64,000 nucleotides of DNA from Coriobacteriia bacterium (GTDB taxonomy: Bacteria; Actinomycetota; Coriobacteriia; Anaerosomatales; PALSA-660): the NCBI GenBank assembly GCA_025361335.1, contig JANYAK010000022.1:21737-85736 (forward strand). The letters are read 5' to 3'. Every line of letters begins with the position of its first letter. Position 1 is the first letter of the stretch. A model generated the notes under the pieces. The model saw only the letters and a program-made list of their open reading frames with translations, was not told the origin of the DNA and ran no database searches. Positions 16,884-29,059 of this stretch are shown piece after piece. The translations under genes were made by a program, and so were the position numbers.

Positions 16884-17341
16884 CCGTTCTTCACGCTCCA
16901 GTCGTAGCCGATGGATGCGTCGTCGAACGGGAGGCGGTACTCGTCGGGGGTCTCGTAGTCGTACAGCTCGGTCGGGACGTTGATGATCGAGGCCGGCTCG
17001 GGGCCGACGGGGGTGAAGCCGTGATACACGCCCGGCGGGATGATCACCATGTTCTGGCGCTGCCATCCGATGACGAACTCGTTCGTCTCACCGTTGGTGG
17101 GCGAACCCTCGCGCGTGTCGTGGAGGACCACTTTGGCCATCCCGCCGACGCAGACGAAGTGGTCGGTCTGCTTCTTGTGGTAGTGCCACGCCTTGACGAC
17201 TCCCGGATAGACCATGGTCACGTAGACCTGGCCGAACTTCTGGAAGTCGGGGTCGTCGCTGCGCAGCATCTCCATGAGCAGGCCGCGCTCGTCGGGAACG
17301 ACCTTGAGCGGTTTGACCTTCACGCCATCGATCATGACCAT
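16880..17341 (-). CDS. rmlC: dTDP-4-dehydrorhamnose 3,5-epimerase-like cupin (short form, 153 aa)
   Basis: C-terminal part of ORF 16880..17998 from ATG 17341 (GAGGAG upstream). PDERGLLMEM...VKAWHYHKKQTDHFVCVGG...IPPGVYHGF. Position between rmlA and rmlB. Confidence 0.8.
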   Translation of the reverse strand: MVMIDGVKVKPLKVVPDERGLLMEMLRSDDPDFQKFGQVYVTMVYPGVVKAWHYHKKQTDHFVCVGGMAKVVLHDTREGSPTNGETNEFVIGWQRQNMVIIPPGVYHGFTPVGPEPASIINVPTELYDYETPDEYRLPFDDASIGYDWSVKNG

Positions 17342-17346
17342 GCTCC

Positions 17347-18207
17347 TCACACGTCCAACAGGGACCGGTAGTAGTCGGACTTGGCGCTCTCCGCAACCCC
17401 GCGAAGAGCGGCGGCATCGATCCAGCCCATATTGAACGCGATCTCCTCCAGGCACGCGATCCTCTGTCCCTGACGCCTCTCGACAGTCTGCACGAATGCG
17501 CTCGCCTCGAGCAGGGAGTCGGGGGTGCCGGTGTCCAGCCACGCCATGCCCCGGCTCATGAGCCTGACGCGCAGGGAGCCGTCCGCCAGGTACAGGTTGT
17601 TGAGCGTCGTGATCTCCAGCTCGCCGCGCGACGACGGCTCGACGGTTCTGGCGAGCTCGCAGACGCGGCCATCGTAGAAGTACAAGCCGGTCACCGCGTA
17701 GTTCGAACGAGGCACGGTGGGCTTCTCCTCGATCGACAGGGCGCGACCCGCCTCGTCGAACTCGACCACCCCATAGCACCGGGGCTCCCGGACCTTGTAG
17801 GCGAACACGACCGCGCCTTCGCGCTCGGCGTCCTGGCGGGCGGTCTGGAGCATCTCGATCAGCCCGGTCCCGTAAAAGATGTTGTCGCCCAGGACGAGGC
17901 AGGCAGAGCCTCCGTCGAGGAACTCCTCGCCGATGAGGAACGCCTGCGCCAGCCCTTCTGGAGCGGGCTGGACCGCGTAGGAGACCTCGATCCCCCACTG
18001 CGACCCGTCCCCTACCAGCCGCTTGAACGCCGCTTGGTCCACCGGCGTGGTGATGATCAAGATCTCGCGGATCCCGGCCAGCATGAGTATGGACAGCGGG
18101 TAGTAGATCATCGGCTTGTCGTACACCGGCAGGAGCTGCTTGGATGTCGCCAGCGTGATCGGGTGCAGCCGGGTGCCCGAGCCGCCGGCAAGAACGATCC
18201 CCTTCAC
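17347..18207 (-). CDS. rmlA: Glucose-1-phosphate thymidylyltransferase
   Basis: [39 protein letters not shown]...GLAQAF...[10 protein letters not shown], the canonical RmlA signature. GTG start with AGAAAGG upstream. Confidence 0.9.
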   Translation of the reverse strand: MKGIVLAGGSGTRLHPITLATSKQLLPVYDKPMIYYPLSILMLAGIREILIITTPVDQAAFKRLVGDGSQWGIEVSYAVQPAPEGLAQAFLIGEEFLDGGSACLVLGDNIFYGTGLIEMLQTARQDAEREGAVVFAYKVREPRCYGVVEFDEAGRALSIEEKPTVPRSNYAVTGLYFYDGRVCELARTVEPSSRGELEITTLNNLYLADGSLRVRLMSRGMAWLDTGTPDSLLEASAFVQTVERRQGQRIACLEEIAFNMGWIDAAALRGVAESAKSDYYRSLLDV

Positions 18208-18265
18208 CCCGATGCCTTTCTCTTGATGACGGGTCAGGCAGCGACGCTCGACAGCGCGACAGCGC

Positions 18266-19258
18266 TCATCGGTCGAACGGCTGCCAGCCTACCACCATCC
18301 ACCTGATGATGCCCCACAGGGAGTTGTCCCGGCGAGCCCACACGCCGCTGCGCTTCCCCAGACCGGCCCTGAATCCCTCGATCTCGGCGGCGACCCGCAT
18401 GGGGGTATAGGCCACCAGCGATGGTATCCGGCTCCATGTGCCCGGCCCGACCAAAACGGCCTTGCGCAGCATGCGCCACACGTAGAGGAACGGGAGCAGC
18501 GGGAACAGGGGCGCGGGCAGGTCCTTGCCCACCACCAGTCCTTCGTTGCGGTCGGCGAGCCTCTTCATGGTCAGCGACGGCTCGGCGTCTATGGACGCGC
18601 GCACCTTGTGACGCACCCGCGCCGTCGGCACGTACATGCACCGCTTCCCCGCGATGAGAGCGCGCAGGTTCATGTCCGTGTCCTCGCTCATGAGGAAGAA
18701 GTCCTCATCGAAGAGACCCACATCGTCGAACATCGCCCGCCGGTAGATCGATGCCCCGGCGCACGCCCCGAGCACCCGACCCGGTCGCTCGTAGCGGGAC
18801 GCGGGCTTGCCCAGACCTCGATTCCGGCCGGCCAAGAGCGCCAACGCGTAGACGTCGCCCGCCGCGTTCGTCAGATGGGGCTCGTAGTACAACAGCATGA
18901 GCGAGGCGGCGAGATCGTAGTCCGGCGACCGGTCCAGCGACGCGACGAGCTCGCCGAGCCATTCAGGCTCCGCGTGGGTGTCGTTATTGAGCAAGACGAC
19001 GTAGGGCGCGGAGGAGGCGCGGATGCCGTCGTTCACGGCTGCCGCGAAGCCTCCATTGTCCGCGCGCCGGATGATCCTCGCCGCCGGATCGTTGCTCTCG
19101 ACCCACTCGGGACCGCCGTCGGCCGACCCGTTGTCGACGAGGATCACCTCGAAGTCGCGGAAGGTCTGCGACCGGAGGGCGTCGAAGCACTCGGGAAGAT
19201 GAGCCAGCCCGTTCCAATTGGGGATGACCACCGATACTCTTGGCTGAGCAGCCTGCAT
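18266..19258 (-). CDS. Glycosyltransferase, GT2
   Basis: [41 protein letters not shown]...VVLLNNDT. First gene of the ~19 kb minus-strand array. Confidence 0.85.
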   Translation of the reverse strand: MQAAQPRVSVVIPNWNGLAHLPECFDALRSQTFRDFEVILVDNGSADGGPEWVESNDPAARIIRRADNGGFAAAVNDGIRASSAPYVVLLNNDTHAEPEWLGELVASLDRSPDYDLAASLMLLYYEPHLTNAAGDVYALALLAGRNRGLGKPASRYERPGRVLGACAGASIYRRAMFDDVGLFDEDFFLMSEDTDMNLRALIAGKRCMYVPTARVRHKVRASIDAEPSLTMKRLADRNEGLVVGKDLPAPLFPLLPFLYVWRMLRKAVLVGPGTWSRIPSLVAYTPMRVAAEIEGFRAGLGKRSGVWARRDNSLWGIIRWMVVGWQPFDR

Positions 19259-19324
19259 GCGGAGGTCCCCCTTTCGGGACTTCGTGTGAAGCCGCAGTCC
19301 CGGGCGGCACGGCTCACGAGGTGC

Positions 19325-19330
19325 AGTCTA
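19325..19330 (-). promoter_or_regulatory. -10-like TAGACT about 67 nt upstream of the first gene (GT2, 19258) of the 19-kb minus array
   Basis: The minus strand reads TTGGTAGACTGC in the divergent gap. Confidence 0.25.
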
Positions 19331-19584
19331 CCAAGACGTCAGCCGGAAGGGCGTGTGTGGGAAGTGACCCTCCCCGAGGATGCGATCGCGCGAAGGCTGC
19401 TCGACCAGTACGCCCTCGATGGCGGTGGCCTGGAGGTCTTGGCGTCGCGAGTGCCCGGACACCGCGCGCGGGTCCGTCTCACGATGCTGCTCATCGGCGC
19501 CCGCCGGGCCGCGGTGCGATCCCCGCTGGGAGGGAGCCGACTCCGGGCGTTCCTTGTCGGAGTGCGAGCCCGACGGCGGCGCTC

Positions 19585-20928
19585 GTGAAGCGCCCTCAGC
19601 CCACGGTGGCCTGGCTCAGCCCGATGGGGGCGCACTCCGCCATCGGACGATACACGTCCACGGTGGTGCCGCTGCTCGAGGCGTCGGCCTCCGTCGACGT
19701 GTGGGCGCCGCGGGCCCACACGATGCAGACGGCCGGCGGGCGCGAACCGCGGACCCTCATGCCGGCCGGCGGTTCGGTCGAGGAGCTCTCACGCTACGAC
19801 TTCGTCGTGTACAACATGGGCAACAGCTGCGACTACCACGCCGAGATCTTCGAGCACTACCTGCGGCTGCCCGGCGTCGTGGTGATGCACGATCTCGCGA
19901 TGAGCGGCTTCTTCGAGACGTACGCCCGCGAGCGCCTGTCACGCCCTGAGTGGTACATGGCGCTCATGGCCTATGTGTACGGTCGGGAAGGCGAGAAGCT
20001 CGCGAGCAGGACGCTCGTCTCGGGGCGATCGCGCGCCCAGGAGGTCACGCTCGCGGAGCGCTTCCCCCTGTTCGAGCCGTGCCTGTGGAACGCGACCGGT
20101 TTGATGCTCCACTCGCGCTCGGCCGCCGCGCGCGTGTCGGGACACTACGGCGATCTGGTGCCAACAAAGACGAGCGAGCTGCCCTACTTCGACTACTCTC
20201 GCGACTACTCCGAGCGACCATGGCTCGGCAGGCCGGAACTCGACCTGCCCGCCGACAAGGTCGTGATCCTGGCCAGCGGATGGATGGACACGCCGAAGCG
20301 CGTCGCCCGTCTTCTGGAGATCTGGGGCAGCGACACTGAGGTTCGGGAGCGCTCGGTCGTCGTCATCGCGGGCCGGGGGAGCGCCGAATACATGGCGCGC
20401 CTCCACGAGATCGCCCGCGACCTCGATGGTCTCGACCGCGTCCGGTTCGTGGAGGGCCCCACGGACCACCTGCTCCACAGCTACATGAACGCCAGCGACC
20501 TCATCTCAGTCATGCGACTGCCGTGCACGGAGACCGCGAGCGCGTCGCTGGTCGAGTCGATCCACTTCGGCAAGCCGGTGCTCCTGACGGACACCGGGCC
20601 GTACGCGGAGCTTCCCGGGGATGTGTTCGCGAAGGTCGACCCCCTCGACGAGGAAGCCTCCATCCGGTGCGAACTGCGCCGGATGGTCCTGGACGTCGGG
20701 TACCGGGAGGCGCTCAAGAAGCAGATGGAACGCTATCGCGGCGAACATCACGACCCGGCGGCATATTGCGGCGCCGTGATGGACCTTCTGCGAGCCTCCG
20801 CGGACGCCGCCGGACCGCTGAGCGCGATCGCCGCGGAGGCTGCGCGTCTGCCCAGACACACGGGGCCCGCCAAGGTGATCGAGGCGGCCCGGCTGCGTGC
20901 CGCGGCTCTCGCGCGGTCAGGCCTCTAG
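19585..20928 (+). CDS. Glycosyltransferase, GT-B (GT4-like)
   Basis: Only the C-terminal ~447 aa of ORF 19240..20928 look protein-like (VAWLSPMGAHSAIGRYTSTVVPLL...MHDLAMSGFF...RLPCTETASASLVESIHFGKPVL). Start is taken as GTG 19585 (alternative GTG 19606). Confidence 0.7.
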   Translation: MKRPQPTVAWLSPMGAHSAIGRYTSTVVPLLEASASVDVWAPRAHTMQTAGGREPRTLMPAGGSVEELSRYDFVVYNMGNSCDYHAEIFEHYLRLPGVVVMHDLAMSGFFETYARERLSRPEWYMALMAYVYGREGEKLASRTLVSGRSRAQEVTLAERFPLFEPCLWNATGLMLHSRSAAARVSGHYGDLVPTKTSELPYFDYSRDYSERPWLGRPELDLPADKVVILASGWMDTPKRVARLLEIWGSDTEVRERSVVVIAGRGSAEYMARLHEIARDLDGLDRVRFVEGPTDHLLHSYMNASDLISVMRLPCTETASASLVESIHFGKPVLLTDTGPYAELPGDVFAKVDPLDEEASIRCELRRMVLDVGYREALKKQMERYRGEHHDPAAYCGAVMDLLRASADAAGPLSAIAAEAARLPRHTGPAKVIEAARLRAAALARSGL

Positions 20929-20938
20929 CGAGCTGGAC

Positions 20939-21904
20939 TCACCCCGCGCGCAGCCGCTCCAGGTCCGCATCCACCATCATCTCGACCAGTCCGCGGAACG
21001 AGACCTTGGGCTCCCACCCGAGCACGGCGTGGGCCCGTGTCGGATCGCCCCAGAAGGCGTTGATGTCCACCGGACGGAACAGCGCCGGGTCCACCTTCAC
21101 GTATCGCTCGTAGTCCAAGTCGAGCCTGGCGAATGCCGCCTCGCAGAACTCCCTCACGGTGTGGGTGATCCCGGTGGCGATGACGTAGTCGTCGGCGACA
21201 TCCTGTTGGAGCATGAGCCACATCGCCTGGATGTAGTCCCCCGCGTAGCCCCAATCGCGGCGGGCGTCGAGATTGCCGAGGAGCAGCTCCGTCTGCATGC
21301 CGAGGCTGATCCTGGCTGCGGCGTCCGTGATCTTGCGGGTGACGAACTGGACCCCGCGCAGGGGTGACTCGTGGTTGAAGAGGATGCCGCTGCTGGCATG
21401 CATGCCGTACGAGTCGCGGTAGCTGCCGACGATGTGGAACCCGTACGTCTTCGAGGCGGCGTATGGCGAGCGTGGCCGCAGGGGGGTGGTCTCGCGTTGG
21501 GGTGCCTCGACGGCGTTGCCGAACATCTCGGCCGATGACGCTTGGAACATCCGCGCGTCTGGCTTCACGATCCTGAGCGCCTCGAGAAGCCGGAGGACCC
21601 CCACGGCGTTCGTCTCGGTGGTCGCGATGGCACCGCGCCAGGACTCCCCCACGGATGACTGCGCGGCGAAGTTGTACACCTCGTCCGGAGACGCCTCCTC
21701 GACCGCTGTGAGCAGGGAGTCCATGTCCTCGAGGTCGGCGGCGAGCATGGTCACGGGGCCGCAGCGCGCCGCCGTCCAGGCGCTCACGTCGTCGGTCAGG
21801 GGTCCGGGGACCCCGAAGACCTCGTAGCCCTTGCCCAGCAGGAAGTCGGTGAGGAACGTCCCGTCCTGCCCGACCACGCCGGTGATGAGTGCTCGCCTGG
21901 CCAC
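20939..21904 (-). CDS. gmd: GDP-mannose 4,6-dehydratase (paralogue 1, 321 aa)
   Basis: [58 protein letters not shown]. Confidence 0.9.
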   Translation of the reverse strand: MARRALITGVVGQDGTFLTDFLLGKGYEVFGVPGPLTDDVSAWTAARCGPVTMLAADLEDMDSLLTAVEEASPDEVYNFAAQSSVGESWRGAIATTETNAVGVLRLLEALRIVKPDARMFQASSAEMFGNAVEAPQRETTPLRPRSPYAASKTYGFHIVGSYRDSYGMHASSGILFNHESPLRGVQFVTRKITDAAARISLGMQTELLLGNLDARRDWGYAGDYIQAMWLMLQQDVADDYVIATGITHTVREFCEAAFARLDLDYERYVKVDPALFRPVDINAFWGDPTRAHAVLGWEPKVSFRGLVEMMVDADLERLRAG

Positions 21905-21924
21905 GGAAGCCGCCTTCCTGGACT

Positions 21925-24120
<2,196 letters not shown>

Positions 24121-24124
<4 letters not shown>

Positions 24125-25002
24125 CGCCAGTCCTCGGGCCACCGGCTCTGGCGCGACGCCACCTGTCGCTTGAACACGACGCCCCGGCTGTCCTGCTCAC
24201 CACTGAACGCCAGCCGCGCCGGCATGCCCAGCACGTAGCGGCCTCCGGCGAGCCGGGACAGGACGAAAAGCACCCTCCACATCCCGAAGAAGAACCACGG
24301 GAGGTTCACGCCGTACATATGCCCCAGGCGGGCGCGGTCGGCCTCGAGCACGGCTTCCTGGGTCTTGATCTTGCGCTCAGGCTGCGCGCGGTCGATCGCG
24401 AGCACGCGGGGCATGCGCACGAAGCGCAGGTTCCGCCCCAGGCGGAGCCACAGCTCCCAGTCCATCGCGAAGTGGAACGACTCGTCCAGGAACCGCTCCT
24501 CGATGGCGCGCCTTCGGAAGAACACGCCGGGCTGCTCGAGGAAGCACGTCCAGCGCAGCAGGCGGTAGCTGAAGGGCAGCATCCAGATGATGTAGACGAC
24601 GCGCCCCGTACTCGTGACTCGCGCCACGTGGCCGTAGACCACGTCGGCCTCGGGATGGCGGTCGAAGAAGTGCACGACGTCGGCCACGACGTCGCAATCG
24701 AAGTACGCGTCGTCCGAATTGATCCACCCGACGATCTCACCGCTGGAGGCAGCGAACGCCTTGTTGATCGCGTGAGCCTGTCCCCGATCCGGCTCGCTGC
24801 GCCAGCGCACGCGGTCCCCCGCCGCCTCGAGCAGCGCGACGCTCCCGTCGGTCGAGCCACCGTCCATCACGATGTGCTCGATGTGAGGGTAGGTCTGGCA
24901 GGCCACCGACGCCAGGTTGTCGGGCAGGTAGGCCGCCTGCTCGAACGACGGCGTCAGAATCGAGACGAGGGGCCCAGCCTGCTGTGGGATGGTGCGCGCC
25001 AT
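24121..25002 (-). CDS. Glycosyltransferase, GT2
   Basis: ORF trimmed to ATG 25002. VSILTPSFEQAAYLPDNLASVACQTYPHIEHIVMDGGSTDGS...GWINSDDAY. Confidence 0.8.
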
Positions 25003-25093
25003 GGATGCTCCGGCCGGGACCGAGGACTTCACCCCCGAAGGATAGCGCACATGACTGCCGCGTCCGCGACCTCGCGGCCTTCGACGCCGGCGG

Positions 25094-26965
25094 TCACAGC
25101 TGGAAGAAGACGATCCTTCCGTCATCGCTCACCAGCGGCGCGGTCCCCAGCTCCGCCCGCAGCGCCCGCTCCTCCTGCGCGCCTCTGTCCGCGTACCCGT
25201 CGCGGTCGAGCCAGATCCCGTCGAAGCCCTTCGCCCTCAGCGCCGAGACCATGTCGGGGATGACCATCGCGGCCACGGCGCGCTGCCACAGGTCGGTCGA
25301 GCGCCCCTTCATCGCCGCGTAGCTCCATTGCAGGTGGGTCGAGTGGAGGTAGCCTCTCAGCTGGTCGTAGTCGTTCATCGTCCCAGGGTACGGCGGCGGG
25401 GACTCGGGATACGGCATGTACGGCAGGGTGAACACCATCGAGCCCGACGGCAGGACCTTCTCGATGCGGGCGGTGATGCCCGCGTCGCTGTCCCAGCGGA
25501 CCTTGTTGGCCGCGTACTTCGGAAGGATCCCGGGCGGGACCTGATCGAGCAGCCCCAGCGCGAGCAGGATCACCAGGGCGGCTGCGAACGCGGCCGCGCC
25601 CAGCCGGGTGCGGCGTGGCCTGTCGCCGAGGCGCTCGAGCAGGACCGCCACGGCGACGAAGCAGAAGAAGGCCACGTAGACGAACATCCTGCCGTAGACG
25701 CGCACCCGCGGGAACACCGCGGCGATTGCTACCCCGAGTCCGGCGTAGGTCGCCACGAACAGCGCGAACCCGTCGATGACGCTGATGCGGCCCATGATCC
25801 AGTCGCGATGCTTCCCGAGGACGAGCCGGCCTCCCCGAACGAACAGCAGCCAGCCGATGAGCACCAGCAGTCCGACACTGCCGATCAGGCCGAGGCTCAC
25901 GTTCTCCGTCTGGGTCGCCCAGGGAGACCACACGGCCAGGTTCGCCAGATAGAAGCTCTTGACGTGTCTCAGGAACCCGATCCGGTGCTCCTGCACGGGG
26001 AGCAGCATCTGGTCGATCTTGAGCCCCATGATCTCGGCCTCGATGGGCGAGCGCTGCGCGACCTCGGGGTTCGGGCCGTTGGCGCGCTGATACAGGATCG
26101 AGGGCGCGAGGTTCGCCAGGGTGACCAGGAGGATGAGAGCGGACAGCAACGCGACCGAGGTCAGCGGCCGCCACGTCCTGTGCCTCGCGGCCCCGGAGAT
26201 CCCCGAGCCCGCCAGGACGACGACCGCGAAGAACGCGTAGTAGATGCCGTTCGACGCGATGAGGACGCACACGAGCGCCGTGAACAGCGGCCTGCGCCAA
26301 CCGCCGGACCATCCCTCTCCTCGTCGGGGCAGCACGAGGAACGGGCGGTCGACGTTCTCGACGGCGATCCAAGCCACCAACGGGACGAGGAAGTATGACG
26401 TGAGCGAGACCTGGCCATACATGCTGACGCGCAGCACGGCGTAGGGTACGAACGCGTACAGCATGCTCGCGACGAATGCCGGAAGCGTCGAGATCCCGAG
26501 CCGACGCATCGCCCACAGGGCGCACACGGCCGTCATGGGATACATCAGCAGCACGAACAGGTTGAGCACGACAGCGTAGTCCGGTGAGATCACGGACAGC
26601 ACCTTCATCGTCGCCAGCTCGAGGTTGTCCGCGATGGGATAGTCCCGCAGGTCCTGGACGCCGGGAGCTCCGAGCGAGGGGTTGTCGAGGTACCAGCCGT
26701 TCTCGATCGTGCCTTTGACGGTGGCGCTCACGAAGAGGCCGTCGCCGTCGTACGTGGCGGGGACCCGCACATCGGCGCCCCACAGCCTGAAGAGGACGAA
26801 TGCGATGACCAGCGCGGCGAGGGCGGCCAGCACGTACAGCAGCGCCTCGTGGAGCCGGCTGGCGCGCGCGTGAGACGCTTCCCCCGCGATCACGATCGGG
26901 GCCGCCACCATGTCCGCGGGATGATCCGCCACTCGGATCACGCGCCCTTCGCCGCTTCGGCGCAC
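25094..26965 (-). CDS. Large polytopic membrane protein, GT-C-like, function unknown (paralogue of 52614..54485)
   Basis: About 12 TM segments. Acidic loop after TM1 (PATYDGDGLFVSATVKGTIENGWYLDNPSLGAPG). Conserved C-terminal soluble domain (LPYMPYPESPPPYPGTMNDYDQLRGYLHSTHLQWSYAAMKGR). Start is uncertain (26965 or 26911). Confidence 0.7.
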   Translation of the reverse strand: MRRSGEGRVIRVADHPADMVAAPIVIAGEASHARASRLHEALLYVLAALAALVIAFVLFRLWGADVRVPATYDGDGLFVSATVKGTIENGWYLDNPSLGAPGVQDLRDYPIADNLELATMKVLSVISPDYAVVLNLFVLLMYPMTAVCALWAMRRLGISTLPAFVASMLYAFVPYAVLRVSMYGQVSLTSYFLVPLVAWIAVENVDRPFLVLPRRGEGWSGGWRRPLFTALVCVLIASNGIYYAFFAVVVLAGSGISGAARHRTWRPLTSVALLSALILLVTLANLAPSILYQRANGPNPEVAQRSPIEAEIMGLKIDQMLLPVQEHRIGFLRHVKSFYLANLAVWSPWATQTENVSLGLIGSVGLLVLIGWLLFVRGGRLVLGKHRDWIMGRISVIDGFALFVATYAGLGVAIAAVFPRVRVYGRMFVYVAFFCFVAVAVLLERLGDRPRRTRLGAAAFAAALVILLALGLLDQVPPGILPKYAANKVRWDSDAGITARIEKVLPSGSMVFTLPYMPYPESPPPYPGTMNDYDQLRGYLHSTHLQWSYAAMKGRSTDLWQRAVAAMVIPDMVSALRAKGFDGIWLDRDGYADRGAQEERALRAELGTAPLVSDDGRIVFFQL

Positions 26966-28110
26966 ACCGCGACGAAGCGCTCACCGAAGACCCGAGCGCG
27001 CGCGATCGTGGCCTCTCGGGCGGACGTCTCGTCGATGCGCTCGACAGCCCCATCCAGCGCCGCCGTGACGGCGCCGGCCAGACCCTCCGCGGAAAGTGCC
27101 TCGAAGTAAAGCGCGTTGCGCGGCTCCTGTTCGCGATGGACCGCCAGGTCGGAGATGACCATGCGCTGGCCGATTGTCTTGGCGTCCTCGACCACCGTGC
27201 TCCATCCCTCGAACAGCGACGGGTGAACGACGAGATCGCAGTCGCGCAGCAGCTGCACCTGATCGGCGCGCGGGATGGCGCCCAGGGTGCGGACCGTGTC
27301 GGTCAGCCCCAGATCGGAGATGAGCTGCATCATCCGCGACGGGTGACCTTCATCGCGATAGTCCCGCATCGCGCCGGTGAACACCCACGTCAGACTCGAA
27401 CCGGCGTCTTTCAACCGCTTCGCCGCCCGCAGCGCCGTCTCGTGGTTCTTGTGTCGCCACCACTGGTTCGGGACCACGACGTAGGGGTGCGCGATGCCCA
27501 GGCCCTCCGCGACCTCCGCGGCGTCCCGCTCGAAGTACTCATCGGGGAAGAGCGACACGAACGGCGCCACCCGTGCCTTGCCCGCCAGCGTCGGGGCGAA
27601 CCGGTCGAAGTCCTTCTCGCAGTCCCGGCTCGACAGCATGACCAGCGACGCGCGCTGTGCCCAGCGGAGATACGTGGTGTGGCGCTCCTCGATCTCGCCC
27701 TGAGCGAAGAACTCGGGATAGTGCAGCTGCTGGAAGTCGGGGATCCAGGCGACCCACGGCACGAAGTCGCGCACGACCATGTCCACATTGCCGAAGACCA
27801 CGCCGATGCCCGCCTCGCGGGCGGCCGCGGCCATCGGCGAGTCGGACATCCCCAGTGACCTGCGCAGCTTGCCCGCGACCCTCCTCGAGACCGAGCGCGT
27901 CGACGGATCGTCGAACGTGACGAGCGGGACGTCGGGGAACGAGGCGCTGCCACGCTGCGAGAAATCGCCGCCGACAGGCTCGAACACCACGACGTCGATG
28001 CCCGCACCGGCGACGAGGCGCACGGACTTCAGAAGGTTCTCGGCGTAGATGCCGCCGGCCGTCCAGGCTCCGGAGGTCTGCGGCCAGAGGAGTCCGATCC
28101 GGATGGTCAT
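26938..28110 (-). CDS. Glycosyltransferase, GT-B (GT1/GT4-like)
   Basis: ORF 26938..28638 trimmed to ATG 28110 (ATGA overlap with the upstream stop). MTIRIGLLWPQTSGAWTAGGIY... C-terminal PSLFEGWSTVVEDAKTIGQRMV. Confidence 0.8.
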   Translation of the reverse strand: MTIRIGLLWPQTSGAWTAGGIYAENLLKSVRLVAGAGIDVVVFEPVGGDFSQRGSASFPDVPLVTFDDPSTRSVSRRVAGKLRRSLGMSDSPMAAAAREAGIGVVFGNVDMVVRDFVPWVAWIPDFQQLHYPEFFAQGEIEERHTTYLRWAQRASLVMLSSRDCEKDFDRFAPTLAGKARVAPFVSLFPDEYFERDAAEVAEGLGIAHPYVVVPNQWWRHKNHETALRAAKRLKDAGSSLTWVFTGAMRDYRDEGHPSRMMQLISDLGLTDTVRTLGAIPRADQVQLLRDCDLVVHPSLFEGWSTVVEDAKTIGQRMVISDLAVHREQEPRNALYFEALSAEGLAGAVTAALDGAVERIDETSAREATIARARVFGERFVAVCAEAAKGA

Positions 28111-29036
28111 CCGTCCATCCGCTTCGCGCGCAGGTACCACTGGCAGTACTCGGCGACACCGTCGGCCAGGGGGACGTGCGGCTCGAAGCCCAAGGCTCGG
28201 ATCGACGAGATGTCCGCGCGCCATCTCAGTGGGTCGCCCGCTCGGGAGACGCCCGAGAAGACGACCGGCGCGTCCGGAGAGACAAGTGCGACGACCTGCT
28301 CGGCGAGCTCTCGGATCGAGGTCTCCACTCCCGAGGCCACGTTGTGGGCCTCGCCCCGCATCGGCGCGTTCTCCGCCAGCACACGCACGGCGCGGGCGAC
28401 GTCGTCGGCATGGATGAAGTCGCGCGTCTCCTCGCCGGTGCCGAAGAGACCGACGCTGCCCGCGCCGGCCTTCTCGCAGACGTCCCAGAGCACCTGCCTT
28501 CTCAGACCGGAACCGTATGCCGAGAAGATGCGCGCGGCGCACGCGCTGATCCCGTGGAGCTGATGGAACTCGTGCAGGAGGGTCTCGGCGATGTGTTTGT
28601 GGAAGCCGTATGGCGAGACCGGCGCGATCGCCGCGCACTCCGAGACCGGAAGCACCGCGGGGTTGCCGTAGACCGCGGCGCTCGACAAGGTCACGACCCG
28701 CGCCCGAGGGGCGGACCGGCGCACCGCCTCGAGGACCTCGAACGTCACTCCGACGGTGCCTTGGAAGTCGAGCGCGGGGTCGCCCACCGAGTCCGTGACG
28801 GATGCCGGCCCCGCGGCGTGCACGACCACATCGGGCTGCTCTGCCGCGAGCATCTCGGACAGGGCGGGACCGGACAGCTCAGCCGTCCTGTAGCTCGCCA
28901 ACCCAAGAGCGGCGATCTGGTCCGGCAGCACGACCTCGCGCCCGAGGCCGGCGACTCGATAGCCGCCCCCGACGAACTCGGAGGCGATGCGCGCGCCCAG
29001 AAACCCTCGTGCGCCGGTGATGAGGCAAGTCTTCAT
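28107..29036 (-). CDS. NAD-dependent sugar epimerase/dehydratase (extended SDR)
   Basis: ORF trimmed to ATG 29036. MKTCLITGARGFLGARI Rossmann, SPYGFHKHIAE (YxxxK). Confidence 0.8.
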   Translation of the reverse strand: MKTCLITGARGFLGARIASEFVGGGYRVAGLGREVVLPDQIAALGLASYRTAELSGPALSEMLAAEQPDVVVHAAGPASVTDSVGDPALDFQGTVGVTFEVLEAVRRSAPRARVVTLSSAAVYGNPAVLPVSECAAIAPVSPYGFHKHIAETLLHEFHQLHGISACAARIFSAYGSGLRRQVLWDVCEKAGAGSVGLFGTGEETRDFIHADDVARAVRVLAENAPMRGEAHNVASGVETSIRELAEQVVALVSPDAPVVFSGVSRAGDPLRWRADISSIRALGFEPHVPLADGVAEYCQWYLRAKRMDG

Positions 29037-29059
29037 GACACGGACGCCATTCCTTCGAG

